The notes under the pieces are model-generated. The model did no database searches, was not told where the DNA came from, and was given only the letters and a program-made list of their open reading frames with translations. From positions 1 to 26,225 of the forward strand of contig JBGUGD010000036.1 of the NCBI GenBank assembly GCA_041697335.1: a stretch of 26,225 bases of DNA, written 5' to 3'. The DNA is from Vampirovibrionaceae bacterium NZW_1234 (GTDB lineage: Bacteria; Cyanobacteriota; Vampirovibrionia; Vampirovibrionales; JAGQHJ01). A program made the position numbers and the translations under genes. Of this stretch, positions 10,568 through 18,852 are shown in pieces; within the stretch, counting starts at the first letter, position 1; each line of letters opens with the position of its first letter.

Positions 10568-12352
10568 TTGGTTACGTCTTCGCAACTCTCTTCAAGCCAA
10601 TCCGGGTCATCGGGTGACTTAAGCGCACGCGGTCAAAAACGGCTCGGCGAAATTTTAGTCGAACTCGGCTTTATCCAGGACTCGGAAATCATGGATGCCC
10701 TGATCGAGGCCAAAAAAACGGGCCAATATATCGGGGCCGTTCTCGTTAAACGGGGTAAAATCACCAAGGAACAGCTGGGCAAAGCCCTGGCCCACCAATT
10801 TAATATTCAGTACATTGCCCTGGGCAATGTCGACATCGACAAGTCGGTTTTAAAACTGCTTCCCGATGAATTTATGCGGGAAAATCAGGTCCTGCCCATT
10901 GCCAAGGAAGGCGGCCGACTGGTGGTCGCCATGGTGGATCCGAGAAACCGCCGGGTTTATGATGAAATTACCTTTATTACCGGGATGCGCCCTCAGGTCC
11001 TGGTGACCACGTCCTTGGAATTCACCGAGACGTTCAACAAATTCGTACAGCAAGGGGCCGCCTCCAGCCTGCTCGATGAACTCCACAGCCTGTCCAGAGA
11101 AACGGCGGAAAGCCGCGATGATATCATTCGCCAGCAGCAGTTGGCCGAAATTTCGGACACCTCCAACCCGCTGGTCAAACTGGTCAACTCCCTGATTGAA
11201 GAGGGCATTGAGAAAAACGCCAGCGACATTCACATTGAAACCCGCAACAAAACTTGCCTGGTGCGCTTTCGGGTGGACGGGATTTTACGCTCCATTCTGG
11301 AAATCCCGCCCAATATGCAAAGCAGTTTTATGACCCGGGTAAAAGTTATGGCCCGGATGGACATTGCCGAACACCGACGCCCACAAGACGGCCGCATCAG
11401 CTTGAACTACAAGGGCACCGAATATAACCTCCGGGTCAATACCCTGCCCATTGGCGTCGATGGCCAGGAAAAAATCGTCATCCGGATTTTGCGCCCTTCG
11501 AAAAACATCACCGACTACAAAGATCTGGGCTTGAGCCCCAACAACATCAAAAAAATCGATGCCCTGTCCAGAGCCCCTTATGGCATCGTCATTGTCTGCG
11601 GCCCCACCGGTTCCGGGAAAACCACCACCCTCTACACGATCCTGCACAAAATCAACGATGACATCCGCAATATCTCTACCGTCGAGGACCCGATTGAACT
11701 TCGCATCGAAGGGTTAAACCAATCCCAGGTCAACCCGAAAGCCGATTTTACCTTTGCTTCAGCCCTTCGGGCCCTCCTTCGCCAAGATCCGGACGTCATT
11801 ATGGTGGGTGAGATCCGGGACTTTGAAACTCTGGAAGCCGCCATTCATGCCTCGCTCACCGGCCACCTAGTATTCAGCACCATTCACGCCAACACCACTG
11901 CCGCCACCGTGACCCGCCTCATCGATATGGGAGCCGATCCAAGCCTCATCAGCTCAGCTTTAATCGGCGTTGTGGCTCAGCGCCTGGCTCGGGCCGTGTG
12001 TGAAAACTGTAAAGTTTCCTATGAAGCCAGCCCAGAGGAAAAAGCCATTATTTTTCCCAAAAACCCCGAGCATCAGGCCAAGGCCCTGACGCTTCACAAA
12101 GGCACGGGCTGCAATCTGTGTGGCAACTCCGGTTTTGCCGGACGTATCGGCCTGTATGAAGTCATGATGGTCGATCGTCACATTCGCCATCTCATCAACG
12201 AGCGAAAACTGGATATTGAAATCGAGGATGCCGCCGTAGCCGCCGGGATGAAGACCTTGTATATGTCAGCCCTGGAACTCCTGATTAAAGGAAAAACCTC
12301 CATGGACGAATTATTACGTGTACTAGGTCCAAACCTGGGACGAACCATCTAG
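10568..12352 (+). CDS. pilB: Type IV pilus/T2SS assembly ATPase (PilB/GspE family) with MshEN-like N-terminus
   Basis: ASDIHIE, RFRVDG, PQDGRI, Walker A GPTGSGKT, TVEDPIE, LRQDPDVIMVGEIRD, TGHLVFSTIH and the tetracysteine CENC...CNLC. Confidence 0.9.
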   Translation: MVTSSQLSSSQSGSSGDLSARGQKRLGEILVELGFIQDSEIMDALIEAKKTGQYIGAVLVKRGKITKEQLGKALAHQFNIQYIALGNVDIDKSVLKLLPDEFMRENQVLPIAKEGGRLVVAMVDPRNRRVYDEITFITGMRPQVLVTTSLEFTETFNKFVQQGAASSLLDELHSLSRETAESRDDIIRQQQLAEISDTSNPLVKLVNSLIEEGIEKNASDIHIETRNKTCLVRFRVDGILRSILEIPPNMQSSFMTRVKVMARMDIAEHRRPQDGRISLNYKGTEYNLRVNTLPIGVDGQEKIVIRILRPSKNITDYKDLGLSPNNIKKIDALSRAPYGIVIVCGPTGSGKTTTLYTILHKINDDIRNISTVEDPIELRIEGLNQSQVNPKADFTFASALRALLRQDPDVIMVGEIRDFETLEAAIHASLTGHLVFSTIHANTTAATVTRLIDMGADPSLISSALIGVVAQRLARAVCENCKVSYEASPEEKAIIFPKNPEHQAKALTLHKGTGCNLCGNSGFAGRIGLYEVMMVDRHIRHLINERKLDIEIEDAAVAAGMKTLYMSALELLIKGKTSMDELLRVLGPNLGRTI

Positions 12353-12368
12353 AGGCAAGGGGACGTTT

Positions 12369-13625
12369 ATGGCCATTTACCAATATACCGCCGTCCGACC
12401 CGGAAACAAAAATAAAATTATGGGCACCATCAACGCCGACACCGAGCGCCAGGCCCGAGAGCTTTTACGCGAGCAGGAACTCTACCCCACGTCGGTCAAA
12501 CTGCTCCGGGTCAACAAGATGGCTGAGAAAACGACCAAAGCCTCTGCAAGCCAGTCGAGCCTGAAAAACTATATTGCCGAAAACCTTTCCAAAGTGGGGA
12601 TGCAGGAAAAAATTGCCTTTACCCAAAACCTGGAAATGATGGTCAAGGCGGGGATTCCCATCACGGAATGCTTGCTCTACATGGAAAGCTACATGGACAA
12701 TCCCAGTTTCAAGCGCCTGGTCAACCGGATTCGCCTGGACATTCTGTCAGGAGCCACGTTTAGCAAGGCCTTAGCCCGGCACAAGGATGTTTTCAACGAC
12801 GTCTTCATCAGCATTGTGCAAGCCGGGGAGGCAAGCGGGGAGTTGGAAACCGTCCTACAACGTCTGGCCAGCATGCTGATTGCCGAAGCCAAGCTCAAAA
12901 AGAAAATCATCTCGGCCCTGGTCTACCCCGTGATGGTTATCGTCATCGCGGTGCTGGTGTTGGCCGTGATGTTCGTCTTCGTATTGCCGACCTTTGCCGA
13001 AATGTATGCCAAAATGGGCATCAAGCTGCCTATGATTACCCAGATTATGGTCGGCATCAGCGACTTTCTCAGAAATTTTTGGTACATTACCCTGGCCGTC
13101 CTTATTGGTGGCGGGATTGGCCTGAAGAAATTTATCACCTCACCCACCGGCAAATTGGTTCAGGACAAGCTGCTTCTGAAAATACCGGTCGTGGCGCCCC
13201 TGGCAACGGCCATTGCCTGTAGCCACTTTATCTCCACCCTGCATGTCTCCTTTTCAGCCGGTTTGCCCATTACGGACTGTATTTTTATGGCCTGCCAAAC
13301 CGTCACCAATAGCTTTATCCGCAATTCTTTTGACGAGGTGAACCTGAAGATTCAAGCCGGTCAGCGCTTGGCCTCCGCTCTGGCCGATGCCGAAATTCTG
13401 CCGGCCATGGTCGTCATTATGGTCTCGACCGGGGAAGAATCCGGTTCGCTGGATGAAATGCTCAAGCACAGCCTGGTGCATATTGAAGGCGAAGTTAATC
13501 AGAAAGTCGACATTCTGATGTCCATGATGGAACCCTTGCTCTTGATTCTCCTGGGCGGGGTCACGGGGGTTATGGCATTGGCCATTTACCTGCCGCTATT
13601 CGGGATGTACGAAAAAATCCACTAA
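12369..13625 (+). CDS. pilC: Type IV pilus/T2SS inner membrane platform protein (PilC/GspF family)
   Basis: MAIYQYTA..G.I.A N-terminus, AGEASGEL, ALVYPVMV TM helix, LPMIT, GEESGSLDEML and MEPLLL...LPLF. Confidence 0.9.
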   Translation: MAIYQYTAVRPGNKNKIMGTINADTERQARELLREQELYPTSVKLLRVNKMAEKTTKASASQSSLKNYIAENLSKVGMQEKIAFTQNLEMMVKAGIPITECLLYMESYMDNPSFKRLVNRIRLDILSGATFSKALARHKDVFNDVFISIVQAGEASGELETVLQRLASMLIAEAKLKKKIISALVYPVMVIVIAVLVLAVMFVFVLPTFAEMYAKMGIKLPMITQIMVGISDFLRNFWYITLAVLIGGGIGLKKFITSPTGKLVQDKLLLKIPVVAPLATAIACSHFISTLHVSFSAGLPITDCIFMACQTVTNSFIRNSFDEVNLKIQAGQRLASALADAEILPAMVVIMVSTGEESGSLDEMLKHSLVHIEGEVNQKVDILMSMMEPLLLILLGGVTGVMALAIYLPLFGMYEKIH

Positions 13626-13716
13626 AACATCCGGCACTCCTCTCTGAATCACAACGGCTCAAAGCGCGATAAAAAAGCCTCATGATCCTCACAGGGGTTT
13701 CGCTCCCCTGCCTTTG

Positions 13717-13725
13717 TGATATAGT
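13717..13725 (+). promoter_or_regulatory. Putative extended -10 promoter of the SOD gene
   Basis: TG-A-TATAGT about 60 bp upstream of the ATG; GAGGAGGT RBS follows. Confidence 0.45.
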
Positions 13726-13785
13726 ACCCTGACGTTACGTTAATGTTCAGTCAGCAACAAATCATTGTGATGAGGAGGTAAAGTC

Positions 13786-14391
13786 ATGCCTGCTGCAGTT
13801 ATGGAAAAATACGTTGCCAAAACGTTTCCTGAAATTGAAAATGGCCTGGAAGGCATTTCCAAGGACCAGTTAGCCGTTCACTTCAAACTCTACCAAGGTT
13901 ATGTGAACAACACCAACACCTTGCTGGAAAAAATCGGCAAGTTCATCGAAAACAGTGACTTCGGCAGCCCCGAATACGCTGAATTGCGTCGTCGTTTCGG
14001 CTTTGAATACGACGGAATGATCCTGCACGAATACTACTTCAGCAACCTGAAGCCCAACGGTGGCGCCTTGGCCCAAGGGTCCAAACTCTACCAGAAGCTG
14101 GTCGAGCAATTCGGCAGCTACGAACAATGGGAACAGGATTTCAAGAAAACCGGTGCCATGCGCGGTATTGGCTGGGCCATCCTGTACCAGGATCCCACCA
14201 ACGGTCGCCTGATGAACTTCTGGGTCAGCGATCATGAATACGGCCACCCTGCTGGCTACACCCCCATTCTGGTGATGGACGTATGGGAACACGCTTACAT
14301 GGTGGACTACCAAGCTACCGAGCGCCCCAACTACATCGAAGCCTTCTTCAAGAACATCAACTGGGACGCTGTTGAAGCTCGCTTGAAGTAA
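13786..14391 (+). CDS. Fe/Mn superoxide dismutase family protein
   Basis: Metal ligands in AVHFKLYQGYV, GMILHEYYF and DVWEHAY; GIGWAIL; YIEAFFKNINWD. Metal specificity cannot be assigned. Confidence 0.93.
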   Translation: MPAAVMEKYVAKTFPEIENGLEGISKDQLAVHFKLYQGYVNNTNTLLEKIGKFIENSDFGSPEYAELRRRFGFEYDGMILHEYYFSNLKPNGGALAQGSKLYQKLVEQFGSYEQWEQDFKKTGAMRGIGWAILYQDPTNGRLMNFWVSDHEYGHPAGYTPILVMDVWEHAYMVDYQATERPNYIEAFFKNINWDAVEARLK

Positions 14392-14413
14392 GTCTTTTCC
14401 GTCCTTGACGAAC

Positions 14414-14449
14414 AACCGGGAGCCTTAATCACAAGGTTCCCGGTTTTTT
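14414..14449 (+). terminator. Intrinsic terminator after SOD
   Basis: AACCGGGAGCCTT-loop-AAGGTTCCCGGTT followed by a T run. Confidence 0.85.
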
Positions 14450-14525
14450 CATGCACCAATGCCCCGGTCGGGGAGGCCTGAAACGAATCGTCTTTTTGTG
14501 GCGATCCGTGATTGGGTCCGCTATA

Positions 14526-14534
14526 TGCTATACT
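14526..14534 (+). promoter_or_regulatory. Putative extended -10 promoter
   Basis: TG-C-TATACT upstream of the AAGGAG RBS of the 1236-aa gene. Confidence 0.45.
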
Positions 14535-14600
14535 CAGAGAGAGATACCCTTGGTATTGCTGGATAGTTGAGAGAGAGAACACAGTCTCTTAAAGGAGTCC

Positions 14601-17600
14601 TTGGTGCACTGTCCGCAGTGTGGCATAAATATCCCAAACCCCGGTACCCATTGCCCGGCCTGTCAGGCCAGCTTAATGAAGAGCTGCCCGGCATGCCATT
14701 ATAAAAACCTGAGCCATCAGCAGTTTTGTGGGCAGTGTGGTTCGGATTTAAACGCCACGGCCCATCAGGGGCTTCAGACCAAAACCCCGGCCGAGCCAAA
14801 AACCGAAGCCCTGAGCTATATGCCGGTGTTGAGTGCCGAGATTTTAAACCTGGATAAATTGGGCGAACGCCTCAACAATCCGGGCCAACTGGCCCGCCTG
14901 ACCAAAGACTTGATGGGACGCCTGGAAAGCCAGTTGACTGCCCAGGGGGCGACCATTGAATCCATTCGAGACAGTGTGATTTTCTTTTCCTTCCGCCATG
15001 GGACGGTCCTGGGTGAAGTCCTGTCGCGAGCCCTGAAAGTGGGCATTGCCCTGGTGAAAAAGACCATTCGTCTTCAGGACATCGATCTGCAAATTCGTGT
15101 TGGGCTGGATGTGGTTCACATCAACGAGCGAAGCCCGATGACGGGGGTTGCCGAACGTCTGGTGGCAAGGCCCGGGCAGATCGTAGTGAGCTACAACGTC
15201 TTTCAAATGACCAACAAGCAGCTGCCCTACGAAACCATTGGCCCCATCAAGGTTCAGGGCGAAATGAAGACCTTTTTCAAAATTGCCATGGAGCGCCAGG
15301 CTCCGCCTCCCTCGCCCCCTCAGGCGGCCATGCCCCAGGACCCGACGCCGCCTAATCCTGTGGCTCAAGAGTCCGCTCCTGAGACTGGAGTACCGGAAAA
15401 TACCCCAGAGTACGTGTCTCACGAGGCTCAGCCCAGTACACCGCCCCCTCAAGAAATGGCCGCTCCCCCGCCAGGGTTGATCACGGAAGCCCCGGCAACA
15501 CCCCAGCGGATTGCCCCCATGGAACGCAAGATTGAACCGGTGGAGCAGCCTGGGAGCCTGAATTACGAGCCTCCCGACTGGGTGATGCGCCAGAAAGAGT
15601 CCAAAATCAGCAATATTTCCTACCAGCATGCCATTCACTCGCTGGAAAACGAACTGAAGGATGCGCTTCAGAATCCCAAGAGCAAAGTCCGGCTGGTGGC
15701 TCTCGCCGGGCCATCGGGTTCGGGGAAATCGACCATTCTTAATATGATCCGCTCCAACATGCAGCAGGACGCCCAGTTCTGGGTGGGCGGGCATTTTTAC
15801 GAAGGGTATTTCAAGAACCTGTTTCCATTGCAGTACTGGTTCATGGTCATCCAGGATTTGGTGGGCTTTGCCCTGGAAGGCGTACCCCAGGATCAGGGGC
15901 GGGAACACCTTCAAAATATGCTTCAATCGGTCTTCGCCGAAAACTACACCCCGGACAAGTTGGATTTCTTTGAAACCTTTTTGTCGTTGAAACCCCTTCA
16001 CGGGATCCAGCCCGATTCCCGGCAATACCTGGGCCGTCTGATTCCCTTTATTGCCGATCTGTTGAACGCCATGGCCAGTATCAAGCCCCTGATGCTGGTG
16101 ATGGAGGATCTGCAATTTGCCGATTCGGCCTCGATGGAGCTGTTTTCCCAACTGTTGCAACACAATCTGCTCAGTCCCAACATCACCATTATTATGACCT
16201 ATACGCCGGATCTGGTGCTTGCCGGCAACCTGCAACAGCTTTTTAATCTGTCGCCCTTCAAGGAACTGATTCTGGATCCCCTGGATGAAGAGAATCTGGT
16301 GAGCATGGCGGAAGTTCCGCTGACCATTCCCTGGAAGAAGCTGCCCGATGCGTTTCGAGCCCAGCTTCTGGAAAAAGGCTCGCCCCTGTTTCTGGAAGAA
16401 GCCTTTCGTTGGCTGCTGCTCAACGGCGGGTTTTCCATTCATCCCAAAAGCGGCAAGTTCAACCCGGAAAAGAAGCTTAAAACCCTCACGGCGCCGGAAG
16501 ATGTGCGGCAGCTGATCTATGACCGCATTCTTCACATGGACGATGCGGGACGCTATGTGTTGCAAGTGGCCAGTGTCCTGGGCGAGCGGTTCTCGACCAA
16601 GGCCCTGATGGATATGACCCAAATGCAGGACAAGTTGGAGACGGTCTTGCAGATGCTGTGGCAAAACGGCTTTATCGTCCCCGATACCGGCAACTCGGCC
16701 AAGTTCCGGCACCCCTTGATTTGGCAATTGGCGTATCAGAGCCTGGAAGAAGATGTCAGGCGTCAGCAGCACCAGTTGGTCCTGGACTACATGCTGCATA
16801 TGCAGGGCCAGGGCTTGGGCATTAATCCTGTACTGATCGCCTACCATGCGATGAATTCGGGCAATATGAGCCAGGCTATGGCGATGTGGCAAAATGCCGC
16901 CGTGTGGCTGACGGATGTGGGTTCCATCACCGGGGCCAATATCGGCTTTTACTTTGTTCAGCGCTTTATGGAGGCCGACGCCACCAACATCGATCCGATG
17001 CAACAAAAGCAGGTTTACGAAAGCTTGGGTATCCTGAACATGGACGCCTCGCCCGAGTATGCCAAGAACCTGTTTTTGACCGCACTGCGGTTCCAGGGGC
17101 AGAGTATTTCGGCCGAGCAGATCCAGATGCAGATTTTGCTGGCCCAGACCTACGAACGCCTGGGCTCCTACCCCATGGCCACCTCCACCATTTATCGGGC
17201 CCGCGAATCCATCAACCCCAATGAGCACCCGGTCGAAAGCGTTGCGCTGGCCCTTCAGGAAGTCTGGTACCTGCATATTCTGGGCAACTACCAGGAAGCC
17301 CTGTGGGTGTATCAGGAGTACGTGGCACCCCGGCTGCCGGAGGTGGAGAATGCGTTTTTGTCGGATCTCTCGCTTCGCTCGACGCTGTTTCGGGGCGAGT
17401 TGGCCCGCACCCGGGCCGGCCTGTTCCAGTGCCAGCCCTGGACCATGGATGTCATCGACAAGCTTCTGGCGCAGTGCGATATCAGCGATGATCGGTTTAT
17501 GGGCATTCATTTTCGCATTGCCCGCAGCCTTGGCATGTTGTTGAGGGGCAACTATGAGGGTTGCCAGCGGGAGCTGGATCCGTTGATTGCCGATGTGGAA

Positions 17601-18311
17601 ACCCTTCCCCAGCAACAGCAGCCGGAGCTGATGGTTTGGTGGGGTCTGGTGGTGTTGCTGTATCACATTGACCAGGGCGATTGGCAGAATGCCTCGATGC
17701 TGGTGCCCAATACGAGTTTTCAGGCCGAGCAGGCCCGGGATTTTCTGGCCTGGAGTTTGTGCCAAACACTGGCCGGGCGGATTTCCAGTGCAAGCGGTAA
17801 CCATAGCGAAGCCCAGCAGATTCTGGAGCAGGCGGTCACGGTTTCGGCCCAGTACTTCCTGTCGCACCCGGCCTTGTTGGGCTGGCGAATGCTGACCGAA
17901 AACGATCTGGCGTTGAACAACCTGGATACTGCCGAAGAGATCTGTCAGCGGGCGCTGGACATTGCCCAAAAGCCGCATATTCATAACACCTATGAGTTCT
18001 ATCAATTGACGATTACGCATGCCAGACTCCTCTTGGCCCGTAAATCCTTTAAAGAAGCCGGAGCCCTGTTGGAAAAGCATTGGCCCGCCCTGGTGAAATC
18101 CGGGTATATGCCGCTGGTCGCGGAGGTCGCTTTTCTCATCAGTCAGCTTTATGGGCAATTGGCCGCCACCTTGCCGGAGCCGCACCAGTCGAAGTACCGG
18201 GGGCAACAGCAGAACTTCTTGCAGAAGGCCAAAACCCTGTGGCAGGAACAGGGAAACTCCTATCGTCTGGCCCCGCTCCTCCAACAAGAAGCTGCATCGG
18301 CCTCGTTTTAA
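14601..18311 (+). CDS. Double zinc-ribbon + degenerate class III nucleotidyl cyclase-like + STAND/AAA ATPase + TPR-like protein (start may be GTG at 14604)
   Basis: CPQC/CPAC/CPAC/CGQC; cyclase-like VLSAEI..RDSVI..IRVGL..ARPGQIVVS..GPIKVQG; Pro-rich linker; Walker A GPSGSGKS; Walker B LVMEDLQFAD; GSPLFLEE; LQVASVLGERF; FRHPLI; helical C-terminus. Confidence 0.8.
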   Translation: MVHCPQCGINIPNPGTHCPACQASLMKSCPACHYKNLSHQQFCGQCGSDLNATAHQGLQTKTPAEPKTEALSYMPVLSAEILNLDKLGERLNNPGQLARLTKDLMGRLESQLTAQGATIESIRDSVIFFSFRHGTVLGEVLSRALKVGIALVKKTIRLQDIDLQIRVGLDVVHINERSPMTGVAERLVARPGQIVVSYNVFQMTNKQLPYETIGPIKVQGEMKTFFKIAMERQAPPPSPPQAAMPQDPTPPNPVAQESAPETGVPENTPEYVSHEAQPSTPPPQEMAAPPPGLITEAPATPQRIAPMERKIEPVEQPGSLNYEPPDWVMRQKESKISNISYQHAIHSLENELKDALQNPKSKVRLVALAGPSGSGKSTILNMIRSNMQQDAQFWVGGHFYEGYFKNLFPLQYWFMVIQDLVGFALEGVPQDQGREHLQNMLQSVFAENYTPDKLDFFETFLSLKPLHGIQPDSRQYLGRLIPFIADLLNAMASIKPLMLVMEDLQFADSASMELFSQLLQHNLLSPNITIIMTYTPDLVLAGNLQQLFNLSPFKELILDPLDEENLVSMAEVPLTIPWKKLPDAFRAQLLEKGSPLFLEEAFRWLLLNGGFSIHPKSGKFNPEKKLKTLTAPEDVRQLIYDRILHMDDAGRYVLQVASVLGERFSTKALMDMTQMQDKLETVLQMLWQNGFIVPDTGNSAKFRHPLIWQLAYQSLEEDVRRQQHQLVLDYMLHMQGQGLGINPVLIAYHAMNSGNMSQAMAMWQNAAVWLTDVGSITGANIGFYFVQRFMEADATNIDPMQQKQVYESLGILNMDASPEYAKNLFLTALRFQGQSISAEQIQMQILLAQTYERLGSYPMATSTIYRARESINPNEHPVESVALALQEVWYLHILGNYQEALWVYQEYVAPRLPEVENAFLSDLSLRSTLFRGELARTRAGLFQCQPWTMDVIDKLLAQCDISDDRFMGIHFRIARSLGMLLRGNYEGCQRELDPLIADVETLPQQQQPELMVWWGLVVLLYHIDQGDWQNASMLVPNTSFQAEQARDFLAWSLCQTLAGRISSASGNHSEAQQILEQAVTVSAQYFLSHPALLGWRMLTENDLALNNLDTAEEICQRALDIAQKPHIHNTYEFYQLTITHARLLLARKSFKEAGALLEKHWPALVKSGYMPLVAEVAFLISQLYGQLAATLPEPHQSKYRGQQQNFLQKAKTLWQEQGNSYRLAPLLQQEAASASF

Positions 18312-18412
18312 GGTAAATTTTTAACCTTTTTCCTTTCATGAATGCTTTTTAACTGAAACGCTCCCGCAGACCCAGGAACGCGGGTAGGTTTGGGGGATTT
18401 TATGACGGATAA

Positions 18413-18648
18413 ACATCCATATCGCCGTTCGGCCAAATTGGCCGAACGGTGAATGGGGCTGACACGACCGTGTGGCCAAATTGGCCACACGGTAAATGGG
18501 GGTATGATTCCGTACGGACATTTTGGCCGTACGGCAGATCGACATTCATATCGCCGTTCGGCCAAATTGGCCGAACGGTGGATGAGGCTGACACGACCGT
18601 GTGGCCAAATTGGCCACTCGGTAAATGGAGGTATGATTCCCCGTAAGG
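18413..18648. repeat. Array of five 25-bp palindromes (CCGTNNGGCCAAATTGGCCNNACGG) with 17-19 bp linkers, nested in a 129-bp higher-order duplication
   Basis: Palindromes start at 18425, 18468, 18510, 18554 and 18597; 18413-18511 recurs at 18542-18640. Confidence 0.92.
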
Positions 18649-18722
18649 TGAAGTCGCCCCTAAGAGGCAGAGGTTAAGCTGTGGGTTGGATATCGGCGTA
18701 AGCATCGTCATCATGTGGGTTG

Positions 18723-18750
18723 AGCCTTGGCTTTTGGGGCTTTTTTTGTT
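18723..18750 (+). terminator. Possible intrinsic terminator downstream of the palindrome array
   Basis: AGCCTT...GGGGCT stem (with G-U pairs) followed by TTTTTTTGTTT. Confidence 0.5.
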
Positions 18751-18852
18751 TATATTCCCAAACTCAAGGCATTCTAAACCCACCTTAAGACTTTCTTAAT
18801 GATTTAGAGGGACTTTTCGCCTTTAAAACACATTCAACGCGATAGTGATGGG

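Noticed and set aside
14844..18287. 1147-aa minus-strand ORF
   Set aside because: Antisense shadow of the ATPase gene, explained by codon bias; no domain signatures
18413..18648. CRISPR array interpretation
   Set aside because: Linkers are only 17-19 bp and are themselves repeated, the repeats vary internally, and no cas genes are in the window
18308..18783. Several short ORFs with PxGQxGxT / VWPNWP repeats
   Set aside because: They arise in multiple frames on both strands from the palindromes; unit spacing is mostly not a multiple of three
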